Below, piece after piece: positions 1 to 14,375 of a stretch of 64,000 nt of DNA; within the stretch, counting starts at the first letter, position 1; each line of letters starts with the position of its first letter. This stretch comes from Trichinella spiralis. Its lineage: Eukaryota. Under the pieces are notes generated by a model that saw only the letters and a list, made by a program, of their open reading frames with translations, was not told the DNA's origin and did no database searches. The position numbers and the translations under genes are program-made. The stretch spans positions 9,278,607 to 9,342,606 of the forward strand of contig NW_003526941.1 in NCBI RefSeq assembly GCF_000181795.1, read 5' to 3'.

Positions 1-1703
1 TCCTCCGTTGCAGATGCATGGGATTGAAAGTGTTTTTTAGCATTTATGATAGATATTCCCTGGATGAACGGAAACGGTTTCTGTTTATTTCCGGGTGAAG
101 CGTTGTATATATGTATATATTTGTGTGTGTAATTGAAAATTTGGTGATGATAGTTTAGAAGAATAATGAACATAATTAAGCTGATAATATTCCAAGTGTT
201 AAGATTTACAGTTTTTGCCTGATTCAACAGTAGTTTGTATCTTTTTACATTGTAATTGTTGTAAATTTTGTAGAAAATGCAAAATTATTCTTCTTGTATT
301 AATTATATTCTTTTCTAATATTATTATTAATAATTGTTGTGTGAAATTGTGTATGTGTGTGTATATGCATTGGATAAAGTACCGAAGTGGGAGTGAATGA
401 AACCAACTGGAGACTGGAAGTTATTGATCTTTTTATTCGCCTGTCCTCTCTCGGTACCGACCGACAGATAACAACGACTGGCTGCATGCAATATTTTTCA
501 CAGAGCCCTTTTCAATTAGTCTTTCCTCACATTTGTTCGATTTGGTCGCAACATAGCGACCACCAAGCAATTTCCATTGCTTCACTTTTGTCGTTGTATA
601 TAAGCTTGTAAAAGAAAAATAAGAAGAAGCATATTTAAAAATGGTTCGTCAAAAGTGAACCACCGTTCATCGTTGATTATTCCATTTTACTTTGAAAAAA
701 TTAAGAAATATGAAAATAAATGCATTTGAAATATAAGTAATAATTATAAATTTTAAAAACGTTAATATATATTCTGAAATAGTTGTTAAAAGCAAAATTT
801 TGCAAGCTTCTGTTTAAAGTGTGTCGTGTTTTGTTAATTGTGGGTAGAATAAGTTGAAAAGTTTATTTTAATAAAATTATCAAATTTAAATTTTGCCGAG
901 AAAAAGGTTTATTTTTTGAAATTAAAAATTGAACAAACATTGGCAACTTTCTCACGCGCTTCTTTCCCATCGATCCTGTAGGCTAGTAGTCAGTCGTCAG
1001 CTAGCCGGTTTTGAATAATCAGAGGGCTTTATCGCTTGTGGCTCTGCTTAGCTGCGTTGTTTCGCATTTTGATTTGAATAAAACAGCTTGGCCAAATTTT
1101 TCTTCTCCACTCGCCTGCCTGCCTGGCATTGGAGCGATTTTTTCTGTTCTGCCTGCCCTCAGCTAGCAAATGGTGAACACATTGAATCTGTCTTTCGTTT
1201 ATAGTTTTGCTCATTAAGTGGATGAATAGATAAATCACAGTGGTGATTTTTTGCCAACAGCCGCCGATCTCTTTTGATCGACTGTAAGCCATGACGACGG
1301 CCTGCTCGGTGCGGCTGTTTCTCATTTGCTATTATTTCCGGCAGGCAGGCAGGCAGGCAGTTCAGCTTCTTGACTGTTCCAAAGGTCGTCGTCACTTTAG
1401 CCAAACTTGACGCTTTGGTTATTTTTTCTCAAAACTTGGCCAAACAATTTTCTCTTCTTATTTTATTTGGTTTTGTTTTTTTGCATTTCAATTATTAAAA
1501 AATAATAAAATACAGCGACTGTAGTTAATTTTCTGATAAGTAGGTTAATTGTTTTGGCGTGGATTTATTTCATCACTGTGCAAGCTTGTTTACTGTTTAC
1601 TGTTACTGCTGCGTTGTTTCTGGAGTGGGAAATTATTATTTTTTATGTTTAAAATTTCTGAAATACTGTAATTGATTTTCAAATAATAAGTTTACGTTTA
1701 TAG

Positions 1704-3761
1704 ATGGTTTTTGCAGAAGAAATCGATTGTTCATGCAATAACGCCGCACCTGAGTCGTCGACGGATGCTAACAGCGAAGAGCTGGCTGATCACGATGAAG
1801 AAACGCTTGAACTTGAGCCAGCTGAAAATTTACCGCGCAATGGTTCGTTAACAGCAGAAGCTCGTGACAAATCGAACGGTGAAGAGTCGACGCAAGATTT
1901 CAACGCTGTGGTGGAAAAAATGGAAATTAACAAGCACGCGGCAGCTGTGCAGCTGTCGAGAAAACCTCGAGTGTCTAGAAAATTTTCGAAAGCTAAAAAC
2001 GGCTCTGACGATTTGATGAATTTCAAGATGGCGGTGGCTGTGGAAAATGACGCCGTTGTCGAAAAAGCCGAATCTTTGAATACTACAGTAGGCGATGGTT
2101 CTTCCGAAACGTCTTCACCAGCATACAAGAAGTTGAAGCCGAACACTCCGTCGTGTAAGTAGTCGTGGTGCATATGTATGTCGTTAATTTTAATGTTCAA
2201 AAATTATTTAGCGGATGGTAAATTGTTTGGCAACGTTTATCAAGGGGAAAAGTCGTTTGTTTGTGAAATTTGCGGCAAAGCGTTCCGCTTTCGGAGCAAT
2301 TTGGCCGAACACAGGTCCGTGCATACGTCATTGAAGCCGTTCGTGTGTCTAATATGCGGCAAATCCAGTCGACTGAAGGGCAACTTGACCAAGCACATTT
2401 TGAAGCATCACATGCTTGAACAGGGGCCGAAATTGGAAAACAACGCCGATCCTTTTATCAAAAGAGGAAAAAAGACGGTTAAAGATCCGGCGGCGGCGGA
2501 TTTCCTGGAAAAAAGCATGCTTATTCTGAACAACAACGAACAGCATTCGGTCAATCTTGGCGGTCACTTGAAATTGAACAATAAAAAGATTGCCCAATCG
2601 GATGGCCATTTTTCTCCGCCGGACGACGACGGCGGCGGTTCATTTGGAAATTCCACTGTGGTCAGTTTCGGTTGTTCCACGTTTCAACAAAGGGGCGAGG
2701 ATAACAAGAATGAAGCTGCGAATGAGTCGCTCTCGGCATTCCAGCAACACTGTACGGAAGAAGCGGACCTCATTAGTCAGAAACAATTTTTCAGCGATTG
2801 TTCCACGGATGATATCGGTCCATCTTTACCTGCTTATCCGAAAGGGTTAACTTACCGTATGCTTTTCGGGCAGGATAATCAGATGCTTCAGAAAAACGTG
2901 CTGGCAAACGAAATTTCCGTCTCTTCTGACGATGCGGAAGATGTTCGCTCGTCAACGCCGACCGCAATTCCAATGTGGGCATTGGGTAAAACTTATTGTC
3001 GAATTTGTCACAAACATTTTCGCAAGCCATCCAATTTGACATTGCATCTTGTGATTAAGCATCATTATTTACCACCGAAGCAGATGCTTGAAGCTGGTTC
3101 TTTGAATGCTGGAAACATTGATTCAGCTAACGTGAACGATGATTTGCTTGATGATGATCACAATCTCAGCAAATTGTCTTTTCTAACACCATTTTCTCTA
3201 GAACAACAACGTCCACAGGCACAGTCACAGCCGCAACGACAACCACCACAACCACAACTGCAACCACCACAGTTACCACTACCAACTGCATCACTGCCGA
3301 TACCACAATTACAGTTACCACTACCGTCGTTATCACATCAGCAGCAACAGCAAGCTCAACAAGAATTACTCACATTGCTAATTTCTCGCAGTAATGCATT
3401 GTTCAAGAATCCTGCATTATTTTCCTTGGGGACAACCGGTGCAGCTAGTGACGTCATCGCTGCAGAAGCGACTGCATGTTCAAATAGCATGAAAGAGGTT
3501 GAACATGCTATTGCTAAGTTCAAGCAGGTCACTAATGATTCCGGTGATTCGAATCAAGTTGAAGCTGAATACAAAAAGTTGGAAACACGAATCATGAACG
3601 TGGAACGACAAATGGAAATATTTGTCAACATGTTGTTTGCCATTTTCCACATGCAAGGAGAAATGCAAAACTCGTTCAACGCTTTCAAGTGGGATACGAT
3701 GGAATGTTTCAAAAAGATGCAGAAATCTGAAATTCCTCGCCCTCGTGGTCGATCTACTTGA
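1704..3761 (+). CDS. C2H2 zinc-finger transcription factor (2 exons: 1704-2154, 2212-3761)
   Basis: ATG follows an acceptor-like TTTATAG. The GTAAGT...TTTAG intron 2155-2211 joins the two ORFs in frame. Two linked C2H2 fingers (CEICGKAFRFRSNLAEHRSVH-TSLKPFV-CLICGKSSRLKGNLTKHILKHH), a third finger (CRICHKHFRKPSNLTLHLVIKHH), a P/Q-rich region and a C-terminal coiled-coil-like segment. Confidence 0.9.
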
Positions 3762-5431
3762 GGAGAAAGAATACTTTTTCTTATTCCTACCTGAACCGAC
3801 TGGATGCTGAAGATTCAGTTGCTACCTGCCTCCACCTTTGATTTATTTATTTTAATTAAGTTTTCTATTATATATATAATATATAATATAATATATATTT
3901 ATATTTACATTTATTTATTTATTTATTTATTTATTTGTTGTTTGTTTGTTTATACTCCATACTCCTACGTCAAACGAGCATTTGCTCATTTTTCTCTTCA
4001 TATTACCTCCTTTACCAGTTTGCCTTGTTTAATCTGTCTTTTTTAATGAAAAGTTTTTGTTTTTAAGCATTTACAAGCTCTAGTCTTGTGTGCGCATTTT
4101 ATATGGGTTCGTATTACTTATTATTTATTCCATCTCTGGCATATATGCAATATTTTTTGCTTTTTTGAAATAGTTTTGATTTCTGCTTCAACGATCTGAA
4201 AACTGTTATTACTTTTTTAATCGATATTTGTTATTTTATGCATTTTTGAATTCCGCTGTTACAATAAAACAAAATGCTTTCGTTTTTCAATATGATAATT
4301 AAATTTTTTTTTAATTTCAATTTCAAAATGTACTGCATGTATTTGATGTCTGCTTGATTTTTTTTGGTTGCTTATTCACAATTCTAATAATTCAATTTTG
4401 AATAATACAGTTGCTATTTATTAAGTTGAAGTGGATTGATTGATTGATGCTTGCTGTTCATGGAAATAAGCAATTATCAATTTGATTATGTATATACATA
4501 TATATAACAAGCGAATTGAACAGAAAAAAACGAATTTCCATTTTCACCTTTAGCACTCACTCTACAGCACTGTTGTTCCATTTCAAGCGTGAACAGTAGC
4601 GTAAGTTAAACAGTTTTTCTCTAATATAACAACTAATTCATTAATATTATTATTCAGGTCATTAATCATTCGTTATAATTCATAAGATATTACGTAAAAA
4701 TAATTGAAAGCATTATTTGCATATACAAACACACCGATACATATATATGCAAATATTTACGCTAACTGAATGTCATTTATTATGCTTGTGCGTTTAGCGG
4801 TAATCTTTTCTACACATGGTATTTTCTCCACAGCTTTTCAGATCTTCGAATTGCAGCTTAAAAATTTATTCAATTCTACTTTATCTACAGGTGAACAAAG
4901 GTTTTGTATTAATGTAGTCATTGATGTTGTTAATTTCAAAATCTGTGATTTATTTATTTGTCATAAAATATTTGCATAAAATATTAAACTTATGAACTGA
5001 TGATGAGTGAGAACTTACAGACGGAAAAACATAATAATACGAATAAACAAATACTATATTTCACAGAGCCAAAGTGCAGTATGATTGATTAGTTACTTTT
5101 GATTTTTCGTTCTGAATTCAAATCTGCTAATAGCTATGTGGCTAGCAGTTGTTTATTTACTTTTCTCCACCGTTAATTCTGAACACCATTTGGTACGTTC
5201 TACACATTTCCATTAAATCAAAGGTATAATTGTCAAATGATATGAAATAAATAATTGCATAATATGGTACAATAAATTGTTATTATACGTGCATGTTTTG
5301 CTGTACTATATTAAATGTTACGAATAAAAAAGATGTTATGAATTATTGAATGATCTCTAAACATTCAAATGAAATTGTAGTAATGCCATTCAAATAATAA
5401 AAAAAAGACGTCCAAGGATACTTTTTTATAT

Positions 5432-6333
5432 TTCAATTTAGATTTTTTCCATTACAATAACTTTTGTGCTTTCATTTTAGGTATTTAAATTTCGATTATT
5501 CAGCTTTGCTTTCCTGATGAGCCGTGTTAGCCGATTCGTCATACTTGCCGGCAGATGTACGTACAACAGCAAAACCAATCTAGCAAACAACTTAACACAA
5601 CCAATTAAACACAACCAAGGTTTTATTTATACTTGTAAAAAGTGATTTTCTACATTTTCATCTCATTTTGTGCTCACAGACAGTAGCTTATACTATTTGT
5701 ATGTTGCTTTATTTCTGCAGTTCTTTTTCTTTTATTTTCTCAAAAATTCCATTTATACTCTTTCTAATTTTTGGAAAATTCTCCCGTATAGTTTATTTTG
5801 AGTTTGAGAAAACTCATAAATTGATAAATTTATTTTTACAAATACACAATATATTCCTTCAATATTATAAATTATCATAATAATATTATACATTTAAGTG
5901 CCATACTAACTCGGCGCCTTATTTTCCACTAGGTAAACATAACCTTGGTCAGAAAATTATATATTTAGTAATATGATGGTGAACACTGCCGACGGCATTC
6001 TGCTGAATGCATTTTATGTTATTCAAATTTTGAAGAGATTTCCTACATACAAAAGTCAGCTTATTATTTGACTATATTGCTGATGAAGAGACTGCGTTGC
6101 GTTATTTATTATTTGGTCATTTTTAGTGCATCATTTCTACAAATTCCACGTAAATGCTGAACAAAACATGCTGTTAATCACGAGCAGCTGGATATTTCAA
6201 CGGTTCTACCTATATCAGCGTCTACTTACTTTACTACCAACGGTCCTACTGCCAGGTATGAAGTTTTACTTATTTGTTGTTCTATCTTTATTAGTTTCTA
6301 TCATAATTTTGATCTTTCTTAACTCCCGGTCCA
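5432..6333 (+). repeat. Repeat arm A, inverted copy at ~23362-24265
   Basis: Reverse-complement match, e.g. 5470-5530 vs 24160-24222. The ORFs 6126+ and 23337-23567 are near-identical with scattered substitutions. The arm ends at the gap at 6334. Confidence 0.9.
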
Positions 6334-6343
6334 NNNNNNNNNN
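6334..6343. other. Scaffold gap (10 N)
   Basis: Run of N. Confidence 1.
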
Positions 6344-9300
6344 TCGCACAAATGCACATTCCACTTCACTTGAACCATCACAGGCTTCGGAGCAAAAGCT
6401 GGATACAACGACTTGTTGCAAGGGACGCAGAGCACTTCACACGACGATTCCAATACATCTACTGGCCACAAATGGTCGTAAACGTGGTAAGCCTGAAAAA
6501 TTTCTTTTCGTTTTCTTTACTTCTTCCATGCCAGTAAATTGTGTTACCGCTTTTGTTAAATCACAAGCTAACAGCCAAATACCACCGGATAAAATGCGCA
6601 CTGTACCCTTCGAATCAGCTGTGCAACAATTTCCTTTCTCTGTCACGCTATGAATGGGGTAAATATTATTTATTATTGAATAATGTGGTTGCTTTTTTTT
6701 GGAAATACTGAAAGAAATTTGTCAACTCACCACAGCCAAGTAAGAGTGGCTCCAGCGCTCAACGCCACTGCATAAGTTCCGAGCAGTTGGATCTTGTCTC
6801 CTACACTTTCGGTAGACCAGTTGAGAGCGTACAAGGAACAACGTAACGATGCTTGTTGACCGATGAAAGCTGAATTTTTACTTTTATTTTCATGCAAACA
6901 AATATCATTCAACGCCACATGCTTGCGTAAGTGATAAACTAATAAGTAAGTACTTGTTCCTTCTTTGTAAACGACGGCCAGTCGTTCACCTCTTGCAGTC
7001 ATGGTAACTATGGAACCATTTAAACAGCTAGTCCACAACGGGAAACCAGACAACGTGTAGACACGCAACAGCAATTTGTTGGACACAAACGCAACCCAAC
7101 CTTTGCCAATGCACAAACACTGCAGCAGATGTTGAATGTTACGATTGAAAAAGATAAAGGTATAAAGTATGGTTGATTGTATGTGTCAGAAAGGAAAAAC
7201 TTTACTTCAACACTTTCTGATTCAGGTAAATCTGCCGACCATTCTTTCGAAGCATCCCAAGAAGCGAAATGAGCGACGAAAATTTGACTGAACAATTTTA
7301 TTTTTTAAAAAAAAAAGTTTTTTCTCTTTGTTTCCTTCACATGTACCTGTTATTTGTGGCTGTTTTCGCAGAGGCGAATGCTATCGCTTCATCGGATAGA
7401 TCTCCGGCAAAAAATTCCGTAACTGCATTATCAAAATGGAGAGAATGATGAACAGACGGATCGTGAAATTCGACATCTATACCGTCCAGTTCACCGGAAA
7501 TTTGTTTCACCACTCCGAAGGCATTCCATTTCTGAAGAAAAGAGAAAAGAAATGTGAATAAGTAATTAATTGCATGAATTAGAAAATTACCATATAGCGT
7601 TTCTGATGATTGAGAGGTGTAGAAGCAGAGGCAAACGGTTTCAGTTCTGTCGATTTTGCCCACTTTTTAAAAATATGCAACATTTGCTCTTCAGAAAACA
7701 CTGCTGTTCCACCACCACCACCACCAGCAGGTGTACCGGCATCTTCGCTCAACTGCGTCATAAATTGAGATTTTATTGCTCCAAGATCGAAATCTTAATC
7801 AAAAACAAATTTCAATCATTTCTTTTTTTTAGATTGTGAAAGTTTCTATTTATTTGTTCTCTACCTTTGGAATCCTCGTCGTCAATTATAGCAATTTTAC
7901 GACCAACTGATAAAGCTGTTTCTGTATCTTTTTCATTCGCTGCTGTACTGTTCAAATTTTTCCACACACCAACGCAACCTTCTATATCTGCCAGCAACAA
8001 CGAGTCTTGTTCAAATGTATTCCAAATCATATCGGCCATAGTTTTCGATGTAGTTTCTCTGGAAAATATGGAAATACCTGAAGTTAGCTAACAAGCGGCT
8101 GAAAGAAGACCAGCAGTGAGAAGTTTTACTTGAAAAGGCAAGTCGACGTAACGACATCGTATATACACAATGAACCATCCATGTAAGCCGCCGCTAGCAT
8201 TTTCCCGCTCGGATCAAACACGCAGATACTACACGGCTAAAACATGAACTTCATTTAGAATGGAAATGAAAATATTCGGTAATGTGTAGTAGTTTGAGTG
8301 ATAATGAATTTTAATTCAAATGTCAAACTTTCTTACACTTGTTACATTTTCACATTGCAACTCCGATTTCAGATTCCAAGATTCTCTGGTGTACAGTTTG
8401 ACCACATTTTCAGATGGAACGGCCAAGAGCTTGAAATAGTATCAATGCAATCAGTAAAAAGTAACCCTCATAATGCAGTCAGTCTTACTTCGCTGGAATT
8501 TGGTGACCAGTCTATTTTAAGCATTGGATCTGACAAGCTGAAATGAAATTTTTATTCCATATTTGCCAACAATGAACCATCAGTCTGGATACCTACCTGA
8601 ATTCGGAAGAACTTTTCAATATTGGCAAGGATTTCATGCACTGGCTATCCGAAAGTCGCCATATTTTCACGCAGCTATCACACGAAGATGTAGCGGCGTA
8701 TGTTTCCGATGAATCCACCGCGACACTGAGCACAGGGCCACCGTGCCCTTCCAGAGAAGTGAATGACTTGTCCTCCACATTAACATACTTTACCGTGAAA
8801 TCACTGTAAAACATGAACAAAATTTCTGAATTAAAATACATTTCACTGTTTTTTTTCAGCCGTATCATTGAAAAAGGCAAAATCATAATGCGATATTAAC
8901 TTTTTTCAACAGTAAGAAATGTAATAATCTTACCAGCTGGAGACGAGAATATGGGTACCTGTGGGTGAAACGACGATTCTGGTAATTGGAAGAGAACAAC
9001 GAGTCACGGTGCATACGAACTCTCCATTAAGTAAATTGTATTCGTTTACGGTATTCGTTTCAGTTGCGACAAAAGCACGATTTCCCTTGAAAAATATTTC
9101 GATTTCACGTCAAGCCAGTCGAAAACAAACACAGACGGCAATTCATACTGAACAAGCAACGGCAGTGATACATTCAGTAATATCGTATGTTCTTGTTTCT
9201 TCCTGTTCGAAGTCTTTCCACGCTCGAATTTGACCATCTTCACCAGCGCTGATTATCAACCTAAAAAAATGTACATGAAAAGTTGTTTGCTAACATCAGA

Positions 9301-9403
9301 CATCAGCATAATTAATTATTTAATTTTACCGTTCTTCAGAATTCAGCGATAAACTCACTATTCCAGAAATATGGCCAAAACGAAATGGAACAAGCGATGC
9401 CAT
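6344..9403 (-). CDS. WDHD1: WD repeat and HMG-box DNA-binding protein 1 (AND-1/Ctf4) homolog, multi-exon, 3' end truncated at assembly gap
   Basis: Start MASLVPFRFGHISG at 9403. WD40 repeats (IISAGEDGQIRAW, LEGHGGPVLSVAVD...CVKIW). SepB-domain signature KPFASASTPLNHQKRYM/KWNAFGVV...DVEFHDPSVHHSLHF, then HFASWDASKEWSADLP and LLRVYTLSG. Exons are bounded by GT/AG. Confidence 0.85.
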
Positions 9404-9838
9404 CACTTCGAGCAGTCTGCGCGCCAATTCTTTCGGTACAGTAATATATTTATATATGATAATTAAGGTAACATTTTATAACTTTGGAATTGTCGTGTAA
9501 ATTTCGAAATAATACACTGAAAAATTGCATTGAACTTGCATTCAGTTATACGTATATATGATCCGCTTTGCTACATTTGCTTGGTAAAGATTTTGCATAC
9601 TGTAGCTGCCCTTGACCCGTAATATATTTGAAAAATTTTGAAATTTATAATTTTCATATAAATTCATGTATTCAATATAAGTTAAATTAATGAAATGTTT
9701 TGAAAATTTTAATTATAAATTTATAAATATCAGCTGAAATTTTAAACGTTCATGGTCGATTTTCTAAATTTGTACCTACTTTTTAAAAGAATAACCGTGT
9801 TTCTCTTGTATTCTAGAAAGGGAAAATTTGGCGGTAAA

Positions 9839-11398
9839 ATGATGGCAGCAAATTCAAATAATTTAGCAAAATTGGTTATCCGAGCTTTATTATCAATTGT
9901 ATCATATTATTCGTCACAAAATAAGAATTGCTCATCTCCAGATTTGTTTGCTTTACGTTTTATCGAAGGTTAGTTGGTGTAATTGTCAATTTCAATCGCC
10001 TCAAAATTTAATTTCCGTAATTTTGCATTTTATTTTTTTCTCTTTTGATCTTATTAGGACAAAGTCCGTTAATTTTGAAAGAGAGCAACTTTATCCGCGG
10101 TGCATTTGAAAATGATCTGATCAAATTGCAAGAAAATGTTTCATTGTTAGCAGAAAGAAAGGTGCATTGCGTACGACAAGCAGATGCTGAAATATTTGCA
10201 AAGGTGCGATTTTATTAGCCGAAAAGAACAAGAGAAAAATTATTTCTCATTTCTGTTTTTAGACTGAGTATTTTTCTCGCCAATTTACATTTTTCCCAAA
10301 GCGTTTGAATTTACAGCCTGTTCGTCGTTGGCGCCAGTTATCTCCAGAACTAGCTGGTGATACTTCAAGCGACAGCTATGAAATATTGAAGTTTACATTT
10401 TTGAACTGCGTATCGAAGCTGAATCAGGTGATGAAGTGTTCGCAAATAAATGGCAAAGGTACGAAAACAGACCAGAGCTGCAATTGGACATGCGACGACA
10501 TACCTGAGGAATGTTATCGATATTTGTTGCACGAAAAGCGTTTGCAGTGTTCTCATTTGGTTGGTCGAGTTTTGCTGACAGTTGCATTTGAAGTGGTATT
10601 TGTTTCTTATTTTTAATTATATCTGTAATTTTTCCCTTATCTTCAACACAATCCATTCAGGCAAACTGTTTGCGGACGTTGCAAAATCATCTTCGTGAAT
10701 TGAAATTCCGTGATGGCCTTATCGATTTGCGAACCGAATTGTGCTCAAATCTATTTTATTTACTCGAAAATAGATATACCGCCCGACGTGAACCTGAAAA
10801 GCAAGAACCTTTGGGCTTGGCCATGCGTACGCTCACAGTTTTCTTTCTTAATTAATTTTTCTTTTTTGAAGATTTAATGTATATTTTTTTGCATATATAT
10901 AGAATTTGCATGTGGTCATTTGGGTTATTATGAATTTCTTCGATTAAGTTGGCTTCCTTTACTTATCAACGGTCAGCACGAAAGCGGGTGCTACACTTCT
11001 GCGGGAAGTTCAGGTAGAATTTCGATTGTTGGTTTTATATTACAGTACTGATCAATTTTTTTATTCTTATCTTTGTAGACAAATGTGATGCTTGGACTAC
11101 TTCACTTGCAAGTTTAGTACTCGTTTCCTATTTGAGATGTCTTGGTATGAATGCATGTGATGTTACAAGCGGTGCTGGTCGTCCATTTGAATATTACGGA
11201 GATCAGCAACCTGAACAAGTCTACAATAGAAGTGTCCTTCAAGAATTGGATATGATCAGTACGATGAATATCAAATTCAACAAGATCTCTGATTTCACAC
11301 TTTACTGGTTTATTTTGGCGGTGGCGCTTTTTCTTTTCATCAGCATCAAATTGCAAAGTAAGAAACGACCTTCGTCAGGAATCAAGCAGAAAGTTTAA
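9839..11398 (+). CDS. UPF0764/C16orf89-like protein with C-terminal transmembrane helix, ~6 exons
   Basis: Exon chain with GT/AG borders encodes SYEILKFTFLNCVSKL...YLLHEKRLQCSHL, CGHLGYYEFLRLSWLPLLINGQHESGCY and KCDAWTTSLASLVL, resembling the C16orf89 CG..G...F....WL..I...Q...GC motif. Ends in hydrophobic FTLYWFILAVALFLFISI plus a basic tail. Confidence 0.6.
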
Positions 11399-12559
11399 AT
11401 AAATAAAAGTAAGTGAATTTCTTTCTTTTTTTATATTTAATTATACTTTGATAAATACTACGTTTTGCACAGCAGATGATGTTAAGTTTGTGCATGTGTT
11501 TGTTTTTCTTTTTCATCTACTGGGTTTGTCAAAAGTGCATTTCTCTTACATTGATCATGCGCTACGTGAGTTCTACACTAGCACATTACAGTTTTAGTTT
11601 CTACAGCAGAGCTTAAATAGTAAATGTAATAAATGGAAAAGTATTTTAAAATTTGCAGAAATTCTGTTTTGAGAAATTTTTTTTTCTATTGTAATAATTG
11701 AGATAATTTTGAATATTTCGAATAAGGTTCGGTATGCGTAGATTTTTCTTCTGTGAAATTTAAATATATTATTTTTCCACATTGAAATATTCGGTATTTG
11801 TTATATAGAGAGGGAAATTTTTCAGCTTATTTATTTTTGTTTAAATGCTACAACTGAGCAGAAGTAGTTATAAAACTTTTGTTGTGAAAATATGAAGTTT
11901 TTGATTTATTCGAATAATATTGGAGAAAATTTTTGAAAGTAATTTATTATTTTTTATCAGTTGGTTTCTGTCTGTTTGTTTTCTCATGTGAGAAAAGGAT
12001 AAATTTCAAAGCAAGTTCATTGTTATTCAGCAGTTTGTATAGTAAATTGGAATTTTAAAATTCTCTCATGGCAGATTGCTAGCAAGTTTTGCATATTATG
12101 CTGCTGCAAGTATTGGATGAATAGAATTATTATGGTTTTGTTTTTATTTAAAATTCACTTTTTTTACTGATGAAAACGTTGAGGAGGAGAGTTGTCAAGT
12201 GGAAGAGCAGTGATTAATCGGTTATGCGCACAGTTTATTATATATATATTGCGTGGTTGGTTTGAATTTGTTGATGAAATGACGAATGCAATTGAAATAT
12301 TTCAATGGTTATATTGTATTTTTAATTTGCCCAACTTAACTTGAAAAATGCATGATGCAGAAAGAATTGCAGTTTGATTAGAGTTTAGTGAAGTTCTGAT
12401 GCTGTGATTATTATTGAATGACCAGTGAAGTTGATATGAAACTTATTTCCAGACATTAGATGTCTTCCTTGAGCATCCATGCATCCATATTCTTGAATGC
12501 TGATCTATTGCTACCTTGTCTAGACAGAGTAGCATTGTCTCTTAAGCTGTGTGCCGAGA

Positions 12560-12569
12560 NNNNNNNNNN
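12560..12569. other. Scaffold gap (10 N)
   Basis: Run of N. Confidence 1.
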
Positions 12570-13503
12570 TTTCTATGTAAAAAATTATCAATATGTTTTC
12601 ACATCCCTATATATTAAAGTGAGATTATTTATCACTTGCTGCAGTTCGTCCGTCAAAATTCTATTCTTGCTCCGTTCAAAAAATCATTTCTTCACTAATA
12701 CGCTGTAATCTATTGTGCCGGCGAGATTTATCATATTCTCTGAATTTATGTGATCAATTGAAATCATTAATGAAAAAACCTTTTCTCTTCAACTATTTGA
12801 AATTTTATGCTCAATAGCTTAGCTATTTTTTGAAGAATGAAAACATTTTCTTAAAATGTTAGATTATAATTGATAAATTCAACGTGGCGTGCGATGCAAA
12901 ATTTCTGTGAACATAATCCACTGAATTTTGAATAAATAGCATGTAAATTTTGCACGATGCTTGCATTACAATATAGCAAATAGTGCCATTTTCAAACATT
13001 CTTTAACCACAACACTTATGCGTGATTTTCCGCAATTGATATAGACGTCGCGTTAGAGTAGTGCACTTGATAAAAATGAATGCACTTCTGCATTTCTTCA
13101 TTTGCAGAACATCTAGACAACTTTCAGCACAGTTTATGACAGTTGATTAGAATTTAAAAAATATTTCATTTATAATTTTCCCGTTAAATGTATTAATTCT
13201 GACAATCAACTGAAATGAATTTCTGAAAATAATCATATGCTCTATTGATTAATACTTGATTTTCTTAACGTAATCATTACAAGCTTTGGGATTGTCCAAA
13301 AATCCATGATTTTGTGCATTAATATGCTTATTATCAACTTTATGATTCCCTTAACTTTACATTGAAACTAAATATGTCGTTATTTTAATTTTCTTTCGCT
13401 TTTTCAAACATTATTCATTGCTTTTTTAAAAGTTCACTTTAAATGTAATAGTTTGCGATGGAAATGCACGCGAAATGCGACTAAAAATAAATAAATTAAC
13501 AAG
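12570..13503 (+). repeat. Repeat arm B, inverted copy at 20971-21903
   Basis: Essentially identical reverse complement (ends TTCTATGTAAAAAATTATC and TAAATTAACAAG both match; one 1-nt indel seen). Each copy abuts a gap. Confidence 0.92.
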
Positions 13504-13879
13504 TCATGTCAAATTTATGTAAATACTCTCAGTATTTATTGGATTAGTTTTGAGATATCTGCTTGTAACATCCATAATACAAATGGCATAGATTTCAAAA
13601 ACTGTAAAAAATTCTTAATGGTTAGTGGACGAGTGCAATTGATATTATACAATTTAGGTGCACTGCAATTTTCAATAATATGAAAGCGTTGATTTTATGA
13701 GAAATTTGGTAAATCACCTTGTTAAAATGAATAACATTTTACAGAAGAAATGAAATGATCACTGCAATAAGTTTTATATAAAAACCCATCATTTTGAATG
13801 ATTGTTAGTTAGAAAACGATATTTAATAAAGAAATTCCATAGGCAAAAAATGTTATATTGTAGACATGCTGTAATTATA

Positions 13880-14375
13880 AAAAAAATCAGGAACAATTGT
13901 TCGTAAAATAGCAGTTTTTTCAGCTGATAAAATCAGAAATTTTTGAATAAAAGTTATCAAAATGTTGTTTCTCAATTTATTATTGTAATTTATTTATTTT
14001 CTGTCGTACTATGCCCTCTAAAATCCTATTCTTGTCCCGTTTTCATGAGTAGTTTTTTGACAAATATGCCATTGGAAATTTCGCTAACAAGATACGCCAT
14101 GTTTTAAAAATTTTCCTGATTGATTGATACCATTTTAGCAAAGATTTCCTTTTCGAATAAACTTAGCTGTTTTTTGAAGCTTGAAAGAGGTTTATATAAA
14201 TTTCGGTTGTAATCGATACATGAATGCAAATTAGCAAACTGTCAAAAATTTGTATCAACATAATCTGAGGAACTTTGAATATATAGCATATAAATTTTCA
14301 CATTGATTATATCACAGCAAAGCAATGCTACCTTTCCAAACATTCTTCAACCACGCCCCTGATGCGTAATCTTTA
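13880..14375 (+). repeat. Diverged direct paralog of part of arm B
   Basis: Colinear shared blocks: CTATTCTTG, CTTAGCT.TTTTTTGAAG, AACATAATC...TTTGAAT..ATAGCAT.TAAATTTT, CAAACATTCTT.AACCAC. GGAACAATTGTTC is shared with ~21940-21955 (inverted). Confidence 0.65.

Noticed and set aside
6126..6653. 175-aa ORF
   Set aside because: Spans the N gap, joining repeat arm A to the antisense of a WDHD1 exon.
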